Source of the DNA: Thermodesulfobacteriota bacterium
GTDB taxonomy: Bacteria > Desulfobacterota > Desulfobacteria > Desulfobacterales > C00003060
Assembly (NCBI GenBank): GCA_034189385.1
Contig: JAXHVD010000020.1
Span: 69,212 to 83,524 of the forward strand
DNA length: 14,313 bases
Direction of reading: 5' to 3'
Below the pieces are notes generated by a model. That model worked only from the letters and a program-made list of their open reading frames with translations, was not told the DNA's origin and did no database searches. Within the stretch, counting starts at the first letter, position 1. Every line of letters starts with the position of its first letter. Of this stretch, positions 1-12,300 are shown piece after piece. The translations under genes and the position numbers were made by a program.

Positions 1-355
1 CAGTGAACTGTGAGCCAGTATCAGCATTTGCTGTCAGTGTCACTACCGTGTCCACACTATAGGTGCCTCCAGGAGGATCAAGGGTCACAGTGCCTGAACC
101 AAGACCAGCCGTGTTCACGGTGAGGTCATAGGTAGGCACAGGCTCAAAGGTGGCAGTGACTGTCTTATTAGTGTCCATGGTGATGGTTGTGGGATTCACA
201 TCGCCTGTGAGATCGTCACTCCATCCAGTGAAGTCCGAGCCTGGATCAGCATTTGCTGTCAGTGTGACTACCGTACCGTCATCATAGGTGCCTCCAGGAG
301 GGGCAAGGGTGACAGTACCTGAACCAGCACCAGCCGTGTTCACGGTGAGGTCGTA
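1..355 (-). repeat. Tandem InlB B-repeat domains (225 bp / 75 aa period), array continues past the window edge
   Basis: YDLTVNTAGxGSGTVTLxPPGGTYxxxTVVTLTANADxGSxFT occurs twice. cagccgtgttcacggtgaggtc is present at 106 and 331. Confidence 0.88.
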
Positions 356-3300
356 CTGCGACGGTGGAGGACCCAGCATTTCCACTTTCAGGTCATCCCA
401 ATAGCTGCTTCCAGGGCCCATGCTCCAGACCCCGATTGTGCCAGAGGTCAGACGGGTTGCGCTGTCATCATAACCCTGTGCCTGCCAATCAGGTTCATCA
501 GAGCCATCAACCCACACCATGGCCCTGATATCTGTCTGGGTGGCTGTAACCTCCACCTGGATCCTGAAACGATACCAGGTGCCTGCTACTGGAACGACAC
601 CAGTGCTAGTATCACCAGTAATAGTCGTACCATGCCACGAGAGATGGAAGTCTGAGCCGGGATACCTGCGTAGACGGTAATAGGTGTCCGAACTCGGATA
701 TTGACTAAAGAAAGTAACACCAGTGCCGCCGCTGGAAGCGTTTATCATCATGCGCCCAGTGTACTCGTAATCTGAAAACCCATCACTGCCAGCCCCCACA
801 TAATGGGAATGGATGTTCGTCAGAGTCGAAGTGGTGCCAAAGACCTTGTTGCCACTCAGATCAAAGACCTGGAACAAATCATCCTCTGTAAGGCTGTTAT
901 CGGCCCCAGTGTCCAACCAATCATCCGGATCAGCACCAGCTCCATAAGCTTCAAAATCGTCCTCAAACGCCGTGGCCGGGGTAGTGGCGCAGGCCGGATC
1001 TGTGTAGGCAGATGCTCCTATGATGTTATTACTTCTTACCCGGTAGCAGTAATCTGTTTCAGGATTGAGCTCAGTGTCTGCATAGGACTCTGAGTTGGCG
1101 CGGACAACAGCCAACAGGCTGAAGGGACCTCCATCTGTGGAACGCTCAACCTCGAAGCTTGTCTCATTGTTGGAGTTGTCTGCCCAAACGAGGCCGACCT
1201 CAGTGCCAGAGAGGGCCGTTGCGGACAGACCCGTTGGAGCTTCAGGGACCTCAATGGGCAAAACGTGATCCACAGTGAGCTTGGGTCGAAGAGCTGTTGA
1301 AGCGTACTCACTCGATCGGACCTGCGCACCACCACCAGCATCACCAGGTGGCGATGGCGGAACGATAATCCATCCCATGTTACTGGGAGGATCAATGGCC
1401 CATGCCTGGACACTGCTGGTCACATCCACATCATACGTGCCGGCCGAAGAGGCTGGAGCGCTACCGATACTGAGGGTCCCATATTCGATCCCCTCATCAC
1501 AGGATCCATCACACACGCTCGTGAGATTGTCAGACTCATCCCAATCGGTGAGCATCTCTCTCACATCTCCGGTAACACCTTCGTCAAATACGGTATAAGT
1601 GAGAATAGCAGAAACAATCTGGGACCCTTCTGGGATCTGATCAGCGCCGCTGCCGAAGATGTCATCGAACCGGATCAGGCCATAGTTGCGATTATTGCTT
1701 CCGTTGGGATCGTCATCATCCCACTCCCATTCATCCAGTGATCCGTTGACATTAGCAGGAGCGTCTTCTTGCAGGAAGGTGTCATGAGTGCCAGAGTAAG
1801 CATTCACACCTTCCTGGAACGTTACCGCCGTGGGTTCTGGCACGCAAGCGCCTGAATCAGGATCACACATTTCACCCTCGGGACAGTCGATAGGAACATT
1901 CTCACATACTCCCGTACCTGAATTGCAGGTATCAGTGGTGCAGAGGTTGTTATCATCGCACTCACCGTCACTGGAACATGCCGTAATGAAGCTCCACACC
2001 TGACCGGTGGTGGTTGAGGTGCCATCCGTTACGTCAACGTACCACTCGTAGGTGGTGCGTGATGTCAGATCTGGACCTGGCCAAGGAAGAGATGCGTCCG
2101 AACCACTAGGAACGTCATAAACCGTTCCTAGTTCGGTAAAAGGTCCGCTGCCCTCCATGTCATAGTCTAAGCTAAACTGTGCCGACGTTGTATCATCCCC
2201 CATAGCAGTATCGGTGCCGTATTGGCCCAGGGTGGGTGAATAGGTCGTCACCGTGATTTCGTCGACTTCCGGCGAGAAGCCCATGATACGCAGCCATCCA
2301 TTCCCACCATTGGGCAGGTCCTGATAGTCGGCAAGTATCGTGTGGATTTTGTGGTCAGGATCGGGGGGATCTATATCATCCATTCGTATCCCTTCGCCGT
2401 GGATGTGTCCACTGACCATGAGGAACAGATTAGAATGGTCCTTTAAGGCATTATAGATGGCCTGCCCTTGCGAACTGAAACTGCCAGGCTCACCGACTCC
2501 CATGAGGTAGTGGCTCGCCACAATGGCCCGGCGGTGACTATAGGTTGTGAGCAACCCATCTGCCCAGTCCAAGATGTCAGCATTGGAACTGGACTCCCAA
2601 TTCAGATAGATCACAATGAAATCCATCCCGCCGCCACTGAAGAGCGAGAAGCTGTTCTCATTGCCGCTTCCCGAATAGTGCCCACCATAATAGGCCCTAC
2701 CGGTGAAACGGCTTTCACCGAAGTAGTTGTTGAAATTAGTCATATTCTGATCGTGATTGCCGGGCGAGATCCCATAAGGAATGCCATCCACGAGAAGGGT
2801 CGTGACAGGGTCCTCCAACAGGCTCATGGCGGCGTCAGCGTTTTGCCACTCAGGTACCTCCCCTGCGTTTTGAACAACATCACCCACATGAATGACCTGG
2901 ACAATATTTAAGGCCTCTCTGTTATCTACGATCCAATCTGTCTGGTCGACAAAGGTCTGAGGATAACTCTGTGAGTAATACTGCGTGTCCGGCAGTACAA
3001 TAATCGTGAAGTTTTCGGCTGTCCCCGCGCCGACCTCACGTCCGAAGAAGGTGACATCCATGGTGTCATCGTCTGGATCGGTCACATTGACCATCAAATG
3101 AGGGGCCAAGGGAATACCCTCTTCACCGTCAGTGGGTGATACAACAGTTGGTGGATAGGGGGAATCAGCCCACTCGTAGACGACCGTCAGTTTGGGACGC
3201 TGAGACGGAGTATCGGTGTATTCGCTGGATCGGACTTGCGCCCCACCACCAGACTCACCAGGTGGCGATGGCGGGACGACAATCCACCCCTTGTTACTAT

Positions 3301-6300
3301 CGGGATCAAAGGCCCATGACTGGACACTGCTGGTCACATCCACATCATAAGTGCCCGCTGAAGGAGCTGTAGCACTGCCGATACTGGTGGTTCCATATTC
3401 GATGCCCTCATCGCAGGATCCATCACACAGGCTGGTAAGGTTGTCGGACTCATCCCAATCAGTGAGCATTTCTCTCACATCTCCGGTAACACCTTCGTCA
3501 AATACGGTATAAGTGAAGATCGCAGAAACAATCTCGGCCCCTTGAGGGATCTGATCGGTTCCGCTGCCGAAGATGTTGTCGAAGCGGATCAGGCCAAAGT
3601 TGCGATTATTGCTATCGTTGGGATCGTCATCATCCCACTCCCATTCATCCAGTGATCCATTTACATTATCAGGAGCGTCTTCCTGCAGGAAGGTGTCATA
3701 AGTGCCAGAGTACCCCCCTTCACCTTCCTGGAACATGAGTGTGATCGGTCCTGCCTCGCACTCGCCATTATCCGGGTTACAGGTTGTCCCAGGTGGACAA
3801 TCTACCGGCGTTCCTGCCTGGCAGATGCCCGTACCCACATCACAGGTCTCCAGACCGTTACAGGGATTCCCATCATCACAGTCTGAGTTCTGAGTACAGG
3901 GAGCATTGTACTCCACCGTGAGGATGGGGCGTTGAGCAGAAGTCGTATATTCGCTCGACCTGAAATCCACACCATCGGTATCAGTAGGCAAGAAGATCCA
4001 ACCGCGGTTCGCTGACGGATCACTGCTCCACGCAGCAAGGCTGGCAGTCACATCCACTGATTGAACCCCAGTGGAGGAACCGCTGGCGCTGCCCAATGAA
4101 GCCCCATACTCGTCCGCTTGGACCCCAGCTTCGCCACCGAAGGCGTCGTAGGTGACGTCCTCTGCCCAGTCAACCGTGACTTCATGAACGTCGGCAGGGT
4201 CCCCCGTGTTGTAAACCACATAGTCCAACGTGGCAGACTGGATCGTTGCGCCAACAGGTATTTGACCAGGGCCAGAGCCAAAGAGGTCGTCGAAGCGAAG
4301 CAGAGCGTACTTGTACTGACCAGTGCCACTCGGATCATCATTGTCCCACTCAACCGAATCCAGATCGCCGTGGGCAGTATCCGCTTCTGCTTCCATGATG
4401 TGCGTATCCACGGTACCGGCATAGCCGTCAGCACCCTCCTGGAATGTCACTGTTGCAGGGCCTGGCAGGGTAGTGTCGCATGCTTCGTTCGTGTAGTCTG
4501 ACTCTCCGGCGCTGTTGGTAGCCCGGACTCTGTAGCAATACTCTTCCAAGGGAATCAACCCGTTGTGTGAGTACTCCTCTGTGTCGGAAGACACCGTGGT
4601 CAACGGAGAGAATGTCGCACCACTGTCATCCGACCACTCGATTTCAAAGCCGGACTCATTGTCCGCATTGTCCACCCAGATCAGGTCAATCTGAGAAGAC
4701 GATGTGGCCGTTGCTGTCAGATCCGTCGGGGCGTCGGGGGGGTCAGTTGGCACGCCGGCGCCGATGGTCCATTCCTCGTGCAAGGCAAAGGACGAACTGC
4801 TGTTCGGCCTCAGATAGACCTTGTAGGTGACGCTGGAGCCATGGACCAGTACGTAGGTAATGGTCGGATTGTCATAGGTCCGCAAGTATCCATTGGTCAC
4901 CTGATGCAAGTCGCCTAGGTCGAACTCTGGAGCCACGTCATGCTCGTAGTAATGGGTGTGTCCACAGAAGAGTGTTTGAACATCGTGGTCGTTTAATGTT
5001 GTCACAAAGGCGTCCCGATTTGTCGGATACTTATCCAGAGAGTCGCCCACGTGCCGGTGATCAGGGAAGGCAGGCTCATGGACAAAGGCGAACTCCGGCC
5101 TGTCGGGATTCTCTTCACCCACTGACAAATCAGCATCGACCCAAGCGAGCAGCTCGGGGACGATGTCCCCGTCTCTGTTGTGGTCAGCATCTGGGTTGGT
5201 CGTTCCATCCCAGTAGGCATTGATGGCCACGAAGTGGGCATTGCCGTAATCCCAGGAATAGGTGGTATTTGTGCTCCCTATTGGGCCGTAGTCCACGATA
5301 TGGGGCAGCGACGGCACCATGGTGTCTCGTATGTAGTAGAAGTTATTTATGTCGTCGCTGATCTCGTGGTTGCCGATAACCGGATACCAGAGAAAGTCCT
5401 CACCTAGGACATCTTCGATAATATAATCCGTTTCATTGGGATCTGTATCTCCATCCTGCCAAACATCGGGAAAATCACCGGTGATGACCATGAACTCGGG
5501 CGCCGGCATATCCTCCGTAGGAGAGTCAATCCAGGATTTGATCTGTTGTAAGTTATCCCTAACGGCTGCATAGCCGTCACTCGTATGGGGATCAGTGACA
5601 ACGACAAAGGCAAACCTCTTGAGGATCTCAACATAGGCATTGTCTGCCGCCCCACCGACATCACTATAGTTCTTAAAGGCAGGCCAGATGGGGCCCGTGA
5701 AGTATTTGGTGCCGGGTGCACGATCTCCGGGTGCGCCGGTGCCGTCATCCCACTGACTGGTATCCTCCACAGTGCCTGTAATGGGGGTTCCGACGGGGTT
5801 GCAGTTGTCATCTAATTCCACCAGGCTCACGTCAATCTTGGCGGACGTGTCCGTCAGTTTTGTGATTTCCGCCCGGAAACGATACCACGTGTTAGCAGAG
5901 AGCAATCCTGTCAGATCCACGATAGGGTCCTGGATGCGTGTATCACTGCTGTCCCGCCAGTAGGTGACAATGCCGCCATTAACATCATCCAGTTGAACGC
6001 CGAATATGTTGGTAGAGCCGACCTCACTCTCCGTGATCATCCATCCCAGCCGGTCATCATCGAAATAGTCGTTTGAACCGTTACCATCGGTCTGAAAATC
6101 CATCCCGAGCCTGATGCCCGCGAAGTCAGGATCATTCCAGTCAAATTCATGATCATCCGCTGTCCAGATGAAGATGTTGCCGGCAGGGGCAAGGCCAGGC
6201 GATCCGCCGCAACCATTGACGTCCGTAACAACGGGACCGCCCCCATTATCAAACCAGTCGCTGTGGGTCCCCACTGTCTGGCCGAGAGTGAAGCCAGTGT

Positions 6301-9300
6301 CAAAGGTCTCGGCCACACCGGCAGGAGGCGCCGAGGGGGCGGGAGTCGTATCACAATCGTGATTGGTATACGCCGACTCGCCAGCCCCATTGACTGCACG
6401 GACTAGATAGCAGTACTCGGTTTCAGCGAGTAAGCCTGTGTCAGGATACACCGTCGTGTTGGCACCAACAGTGTCCAATAGCGCAACGGGAATGCCTGCG
6501 CTGTCCGAAGACCAGACCTCAAAGCCCATCTCATTGTCTGAGTTGTCCGTCCAGGCCAGGTCGATCTGAGAGGATGACGCAGCTGTGGCCGTCAGAGCCG
6601 TGGGTGGGTCAGGGATTGTGGGTGGAGGAGCATCTACCTCTTCCAGCCGGAAGACACTCATGGCATACCCTTTGGTGTTATCTGCACCACTACCCAAAGA
6701 GCTATCCCACTCCGATTTGATCGAGAGACTGCCATCCGCGACGGTCACGCCGGTCCACTTGGCCACATACCCGGCGCTGTTGTCGCCGGTGCTGAACGAT
6801 ACCGACGCCTCTGAATTGACTACGACACCGGCACTACTGGCATTCGTAAAGGTATCAGCGCCCTCGATGGTCACTCTCGTGTAACGTGCATCGGGATAGT
6901 TATTCCGGTTCGCAGACAGGGTGATAATGTATTCCTTCTCAGGATTCAAATTGTTGAAGGTCACCGTGTTGTACCAATCCGTGGCATCCAACTCACTCAT
7001 GGCCCGCATGTCTACAATGCGCGATGAGGACGAGCCGAAGACATCAGCAGCGTCCCCAACGTCAGCATTATCCCCGTTCGCATGAGGATCTCGGTTGTTG
7101 TAGGAACCCGACATGGTAACGGGCAGATCCGCCCCTGTGGCAAAGTCTTTGAGTAGAGCATCGGTGGCTGTATAGTCGTACTCCGTGACATTCGGGGCGT
7201 TGTCTGTGGAACCGCTCGGTACACGAGGATCAAGATCGTTATAGGCCGTCCAGTTCTCGGGAGGTGTAATGAGTGCATAGTTCACGTCCACCGAGTGGGC
7301 GCTTGCCGGCATGCTTACGGTGTTGGTATCTGCAGTGCTGCCATCGTCATCCGTACCGGTCCAGCTGTCGATTTCCCATCCAGCATCTGGCACGGCACCG
7401 CTCAAATTGACAACCTCCCCTTCCACATACTCGCCTGCCGAGCAGCCTGCGGAGTTGGCAGGAGCTGCCACCGGGTCAGTGCCATTACCCGTGTGGCCAA
7501 GGGTTAAGGCATAGCAGGGAGATGGGCCGGGAGGCAGAACTGCTGGGGATGTAGAGTTGCGGGCCTCGTAGGTACCAAAGGTTTCGCTGTGAGGACTGCT
7601 CCAGACACCACTGGGATAACCGTCACCCAGGGTGTCCTCGTCCGTGTAGTAGCCCTCAACGTCGTAGCCTGCATAGAGGTCCTCCGCCGATTCACGCCGC
7701 GCAAGTCCCTCTTGAAAACTATCAGTACCACGCGTGTTGCGAACTACTTCAGTCCGCGGCCATGAGTTGCCGTCAAAGGATATGTCCCCATCCGGATTGT
7801 CGCCGTCAGAGCCGTCGTGACGACCGTAGAGCACATAATCCATGTGTACGCCATCAATCACTAACTCAAGGGCAATGGCCCGCTCAGCTGAACCCCCCTC
7901 ACCAGTTGCCAGGTCCATATCGGTCTCGATGTCGTGGGTGCCACTGGGTGCCGCCACACCGGACTCAGCAATGAGGAAGAAGCTGTTTGGAGCAATAGAC
8001 TTGCCGGTCAGATCGGCAGAAAGCTGCCAATCGATTCCTACGCCTGCCGCCCCAGATCCGTCCGGGTCCACCCGAGAGATCAGCTCCATGTTCTCCAAAG
8101 AGATCGTCTGATCGGTTGTATTGAACAGCTCCACAAACTCACCTGGATTCTGACCGGACGGAGAGTTCCACGCCTGAAAACCTGAAATGATTACATCGCC
8201 AGGGGCCGCAAGCGGCAGTAGAACCGCTGCGGATGTAGAGTTGCGGGCCTCGTAGGTACCAAAGGTTTCGCTGTGAGGACTGCTCCAGACACCACTGGGA
8301 TAACCGTCACCCAGGGTGTCCTCGTCCGTGTAGTAGCCCTCAACGTCGTAGCCTGCATAGAGGTCCTCCGCCGATTCACGCCGCGCAAGTCCCTCTTGAA
8401 AACTATCAGTACCACGCGTGTTGCGAACTACTTCAGTCCGCGGCCATGAGTTGCCGTCAAAGGATATGTCCCCATCCGGATTGTCGCCGTCAGAGCCGTC
8501 GTGACGACCGTAGAGCACATAATCCATGTGTACGCCATCAATCACTAACTCAAGGGCAATGGCCCGCTCAGCTGAACCCCCCTCACCAGTTGCCAGGTCC
8601 ATATCGGTCTCGATGTCGTGGGTGCCACTGGGTGCCGCCACACCGGACTCAGCAATGAGGAAGAAGCTGTTTGGAGCAATAGACTTGCCGGTCAGATCGG
8701 CAGAAAGCTGCCAATCGATTCCTACGCCTGCCGCCCCAGATCCGTCCGGGTCCACCCGAGAGATCAGCTCCATGTTCTCCAAAGAGATGGTCTGATCGGT
8801 TGTATTGAACAGCTCCACAAACTCACCTGGATTCTGACCGGACGGAGAGTTCCACGCCTGAAAACCTGAAATGATTACATCGCCAGGAGACGGAGGCGGA
8901 GGGAGTTCTACATAGTTTACGTCCGCCGAGTGAGCGCTTGCCGGCATGGTCAGTGTGTTCGTGTCTGCAGTGCTGGCATCATCATCCGTGCCGGTCCAGC
9001 TGTCGATTTCCCAGCCGGCGTCAGGCACTGCATTGCTCAAGTCGATAGACTCTCCCTCTAGATACTCACCTGCCGGGCAGCCCGATGAGTTCGCAGGTGC
9101 TGCTACCGGGTCAGTACCTTGACCAGTGTGGCCAAGGGTCAGCGTATAGCATGGAGATGGACCAGGCGGCAGAACGGCTGCAGAAGTAGAGTTCCGGGCC
9201 TGGTAGGCATCGTTTTCTTCATCGTGAGGGCTGGTCCAGACACCGTTGGGGAACCCGTCACCCAGCGAGTCCTCGTCAGTGTAGTAACCCTCCACATCAT

Positions 9301-12300
9301 AGCCCGCATACAGATCAGTTGCTGATTCACGACGGATTAGGCCTTCCAAAAAGCTGGTGCTAACCTGGGTGTTGCGGACAACCTCGGTACGTGGCCATGA
9401 GCTGCCATCAAAGGCTCTATCCCCAGGTGGGAGCTCTCCAGCCGGCGTTGATCCGTCGTGACGACCATAAAGCACATAGTCCATATGCACGCCGTCAATA
9501 ATCAGCTCTATGGAGATGGCCCGTTCCTCAAAGCCACCCTCACCGGTAGCAATATCCATGTCGGTCCCGATATCATGTGTTGCGTTTTCCGCATCCACAT
9601 TAGGCTCGGCGATGAGAAAGAAACTATTGGGCGCAATCGATTTTCCAGTCAGGTCGGCAGAGAGCTGCCAGTCGATATCTAGTAGTCCATCGCTGTTGTT
9701 GTCTACTCGAGAGATTATCTCCATATTCTCCAACGATATGGTCTGATCAGTGGTGTTGAAGAGTTCAATAAACTCACCGTCAGGATTATCAGCGCCCGGG
9801 TGGTTCCAGCTCTGGACACCTGAAATAATTACATCACCAGTCGACGGCGGCGGTAGAGGGACGTCTGCTTCTTGCAGCATAATGGAGGTCATGGCATAGC
9901 CCTTGGACCCCGTCCAGCCCTGGGCCGCTGAAGTGTCTTGTACGGCCGTGACCGAGAAACTGCCATCAGCAGCAGTGACACCGGTCCATATGGCAACGTA
10001 GCCGTTGGCAGTGTTGTTGCCGGTGCAGAAGGAGACCGAATCGGGTCCGTTGACCACCACACCCGGAGGCGGGTCGGTGCTGCTCGCATTCGTGTAATCG
10101 TCGGCGTCAGCGATGGTGAACATCGTTGCGCGGTCTGTGTAACCGGTGTCGTCCCGGTTATAAGTCACGGCAACGCTATATTCCTTGGCAGGGTTCAGGC
10201 TCTCAAACGTGAGCGTCACATAGTCTCCAGGAGTGGCGGTGTCGATCTCGTACCCCCCAACCCCGTCGACAATACCGCCGAAGATGAGGTCTGCATCAGT
10301 GCCCGCAGCAGAGTCGGCCCCGTTTGTCGTTGGATACCGAACTTCCATATCCACGGCCATCGTCGCAGGAAGGTCAGCACCGGTATCGAAATCTTTGAGT
10401 ACCCAGTCAACGGCTGGGTCTATGGGCTGGGTGTCAGGGCCGGTGGGCACAATGGCCAGCACATTGGGATCGTTGCTATCGCCGGCTTCTGCCCGCAGAT
10501 CAACATAAGCTGTCCAGTTCTCTGGAGCAAAGTTTGCCGTAATAGCCATGCCGGCAGTGACGGTGACAGTCTCAGGATTCGTGGTGCCGGTGAGATCACC
10601 TGACCAGCCGATGAACTGCCAACCAGTATCGGGCACTGCCGTGAGTTCCACCACGTCACCCGGATTATACTCAGCCTGGTCAGGATCCTTGATCACCGAC
10701 CCGTTTCCGACCGAGTCTATGGTCAGATTCTCTTCTGTTGACTCACCCACCTCCTGCAGCATGAAGACGTCAAAGGAGTATCCCTTGTACTCAGTGGGAA
10801 CGTCATGGGCTTCAGCCCGGACCATGAAACTTCCGTCGGCACCCGGCTCAATGCCTGTCCAGCGCGCCACGTAACCTTCGTCGTGATTGTTGCCGGTATT
10901 GAACCACACCGACTCATTGCTTATAACGGTTACGCCAGGGGTGCTTGTATTGATGGCGTCGTCAGCGCCCGATATGGTGTACATGGTGTTGCGGTCGTCG
11001 TAGCCAGTCCCACTCCCGTCCGTGTTCTTCCGGGCGCGCGAAGCACTTGTGGCAAAAGTGTATGTCTTTGCCGGATCCAGCTCGGTAAACTCCAGATCTA
11101 CGTACCAGCCGCTCGAGCCGTAGTAGATCACCCCTGTCATATCGGCAATGCCGCCGAATGTGTCGCGGGCCTCTGTGCCAACAGCAGTGTCGTAACCTCC
11201 AGTCCAGCTGCTGCTAATGTCGGGCTGCCATACAACGCCGCCGCTTTGCGTGAGGGTGGCAGTAATCCCCGTGCCTGCGCCCGTGTTGAAATCGAGGAGT
11301 TCTCCTGATGCAGGGCCGGGACTATCAGTCCCTGTGCTGAACGTGGTGACATTGGGAGCAATATAGTGCACAAGCTGTCCGTTTGGATCGGTAGCAGCTT
11401 CAAGTTTTGTCGAGTCATACACACAGTCGTTGTAAGCGGTCCACAAAGCCTCTGTGCCGGTCGAGGTATAGGCCACAGTCAGTTTCGGCGGCGTACCGCC
11501 TTCAGCCGAGTCGAATTGCCATGAGTCATCAACTGTCGGTGGTAACCATGCCCAACCGAAGTTGCCGGTGGGGTCGTTTGACCAGGCCTGGAGATCAGCG
11601 GTGACGTCGATGGTGTGCGTTCCCGTTGCACTGCCCACACTGCTGCTCTCAGCCGCCACCTCGGCCTCTGTTCCGTCAGCCTGGACTCCGCCTCCCCAGG
11701 TATTCCAAGTATCTGTGTCATTCCAGGACTGGAGCATGCGATGCAGCAAGGCGCCCGCATCGCTTGAGTTGGTCACGTTGATCTCTAGCGAGGCAGATTG
11801 GATGGTGGACCCGGGGGGAATTTTGTCGGCATCAGTTCCCAAAATGCTGTTGAAGCGTAGTAAAATGTGCCTTTCTTCATCGAGGTCCACGACCAGTGTC
11901 GTTGCGCCGGAATTGTCCGCATCCGCACTGGCGGAGCGAAGATAGGTGTCAACGGTTCCAGAGTAGCCATCAACCCCCTGCTGGAACGTCACGGTGGTGG
12001 GGGCGGGCGGTGGGGTACCCTCGCAATACTCGATGACGAGCAGCGGTGCGTTCTCCTCTTCACCATCGTACGACTCGGCCACGCGCCGACCAGAACCCTC
12101 CACTATAAACACCATGGCGTTACCGCTCGCCCATCCACCACGATCAACGATCTCCTGCACGATCATGGAAAGATCCTTTGTCTGGTGCTTGACGTCCGGC
12201 GCATCCCACGCCCCCGGGGCCCAGGCCACAGATGCCGAAGTCTTGGACCGACTCGAGATGTTTTCCGAGGTGGCTGCAAAAGTGGGTGGGTCATCGGCCG

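Noticed and set aside
7547..8887. Diversity-generating retroelement TR/VR pair or CRISPR array
   Set aside because: Both copies are coding and in frame, the single difference is C/G rather than adenine-specific, there is no reverse transcriptase in the window, and there is no short repeat-spacer pattern.
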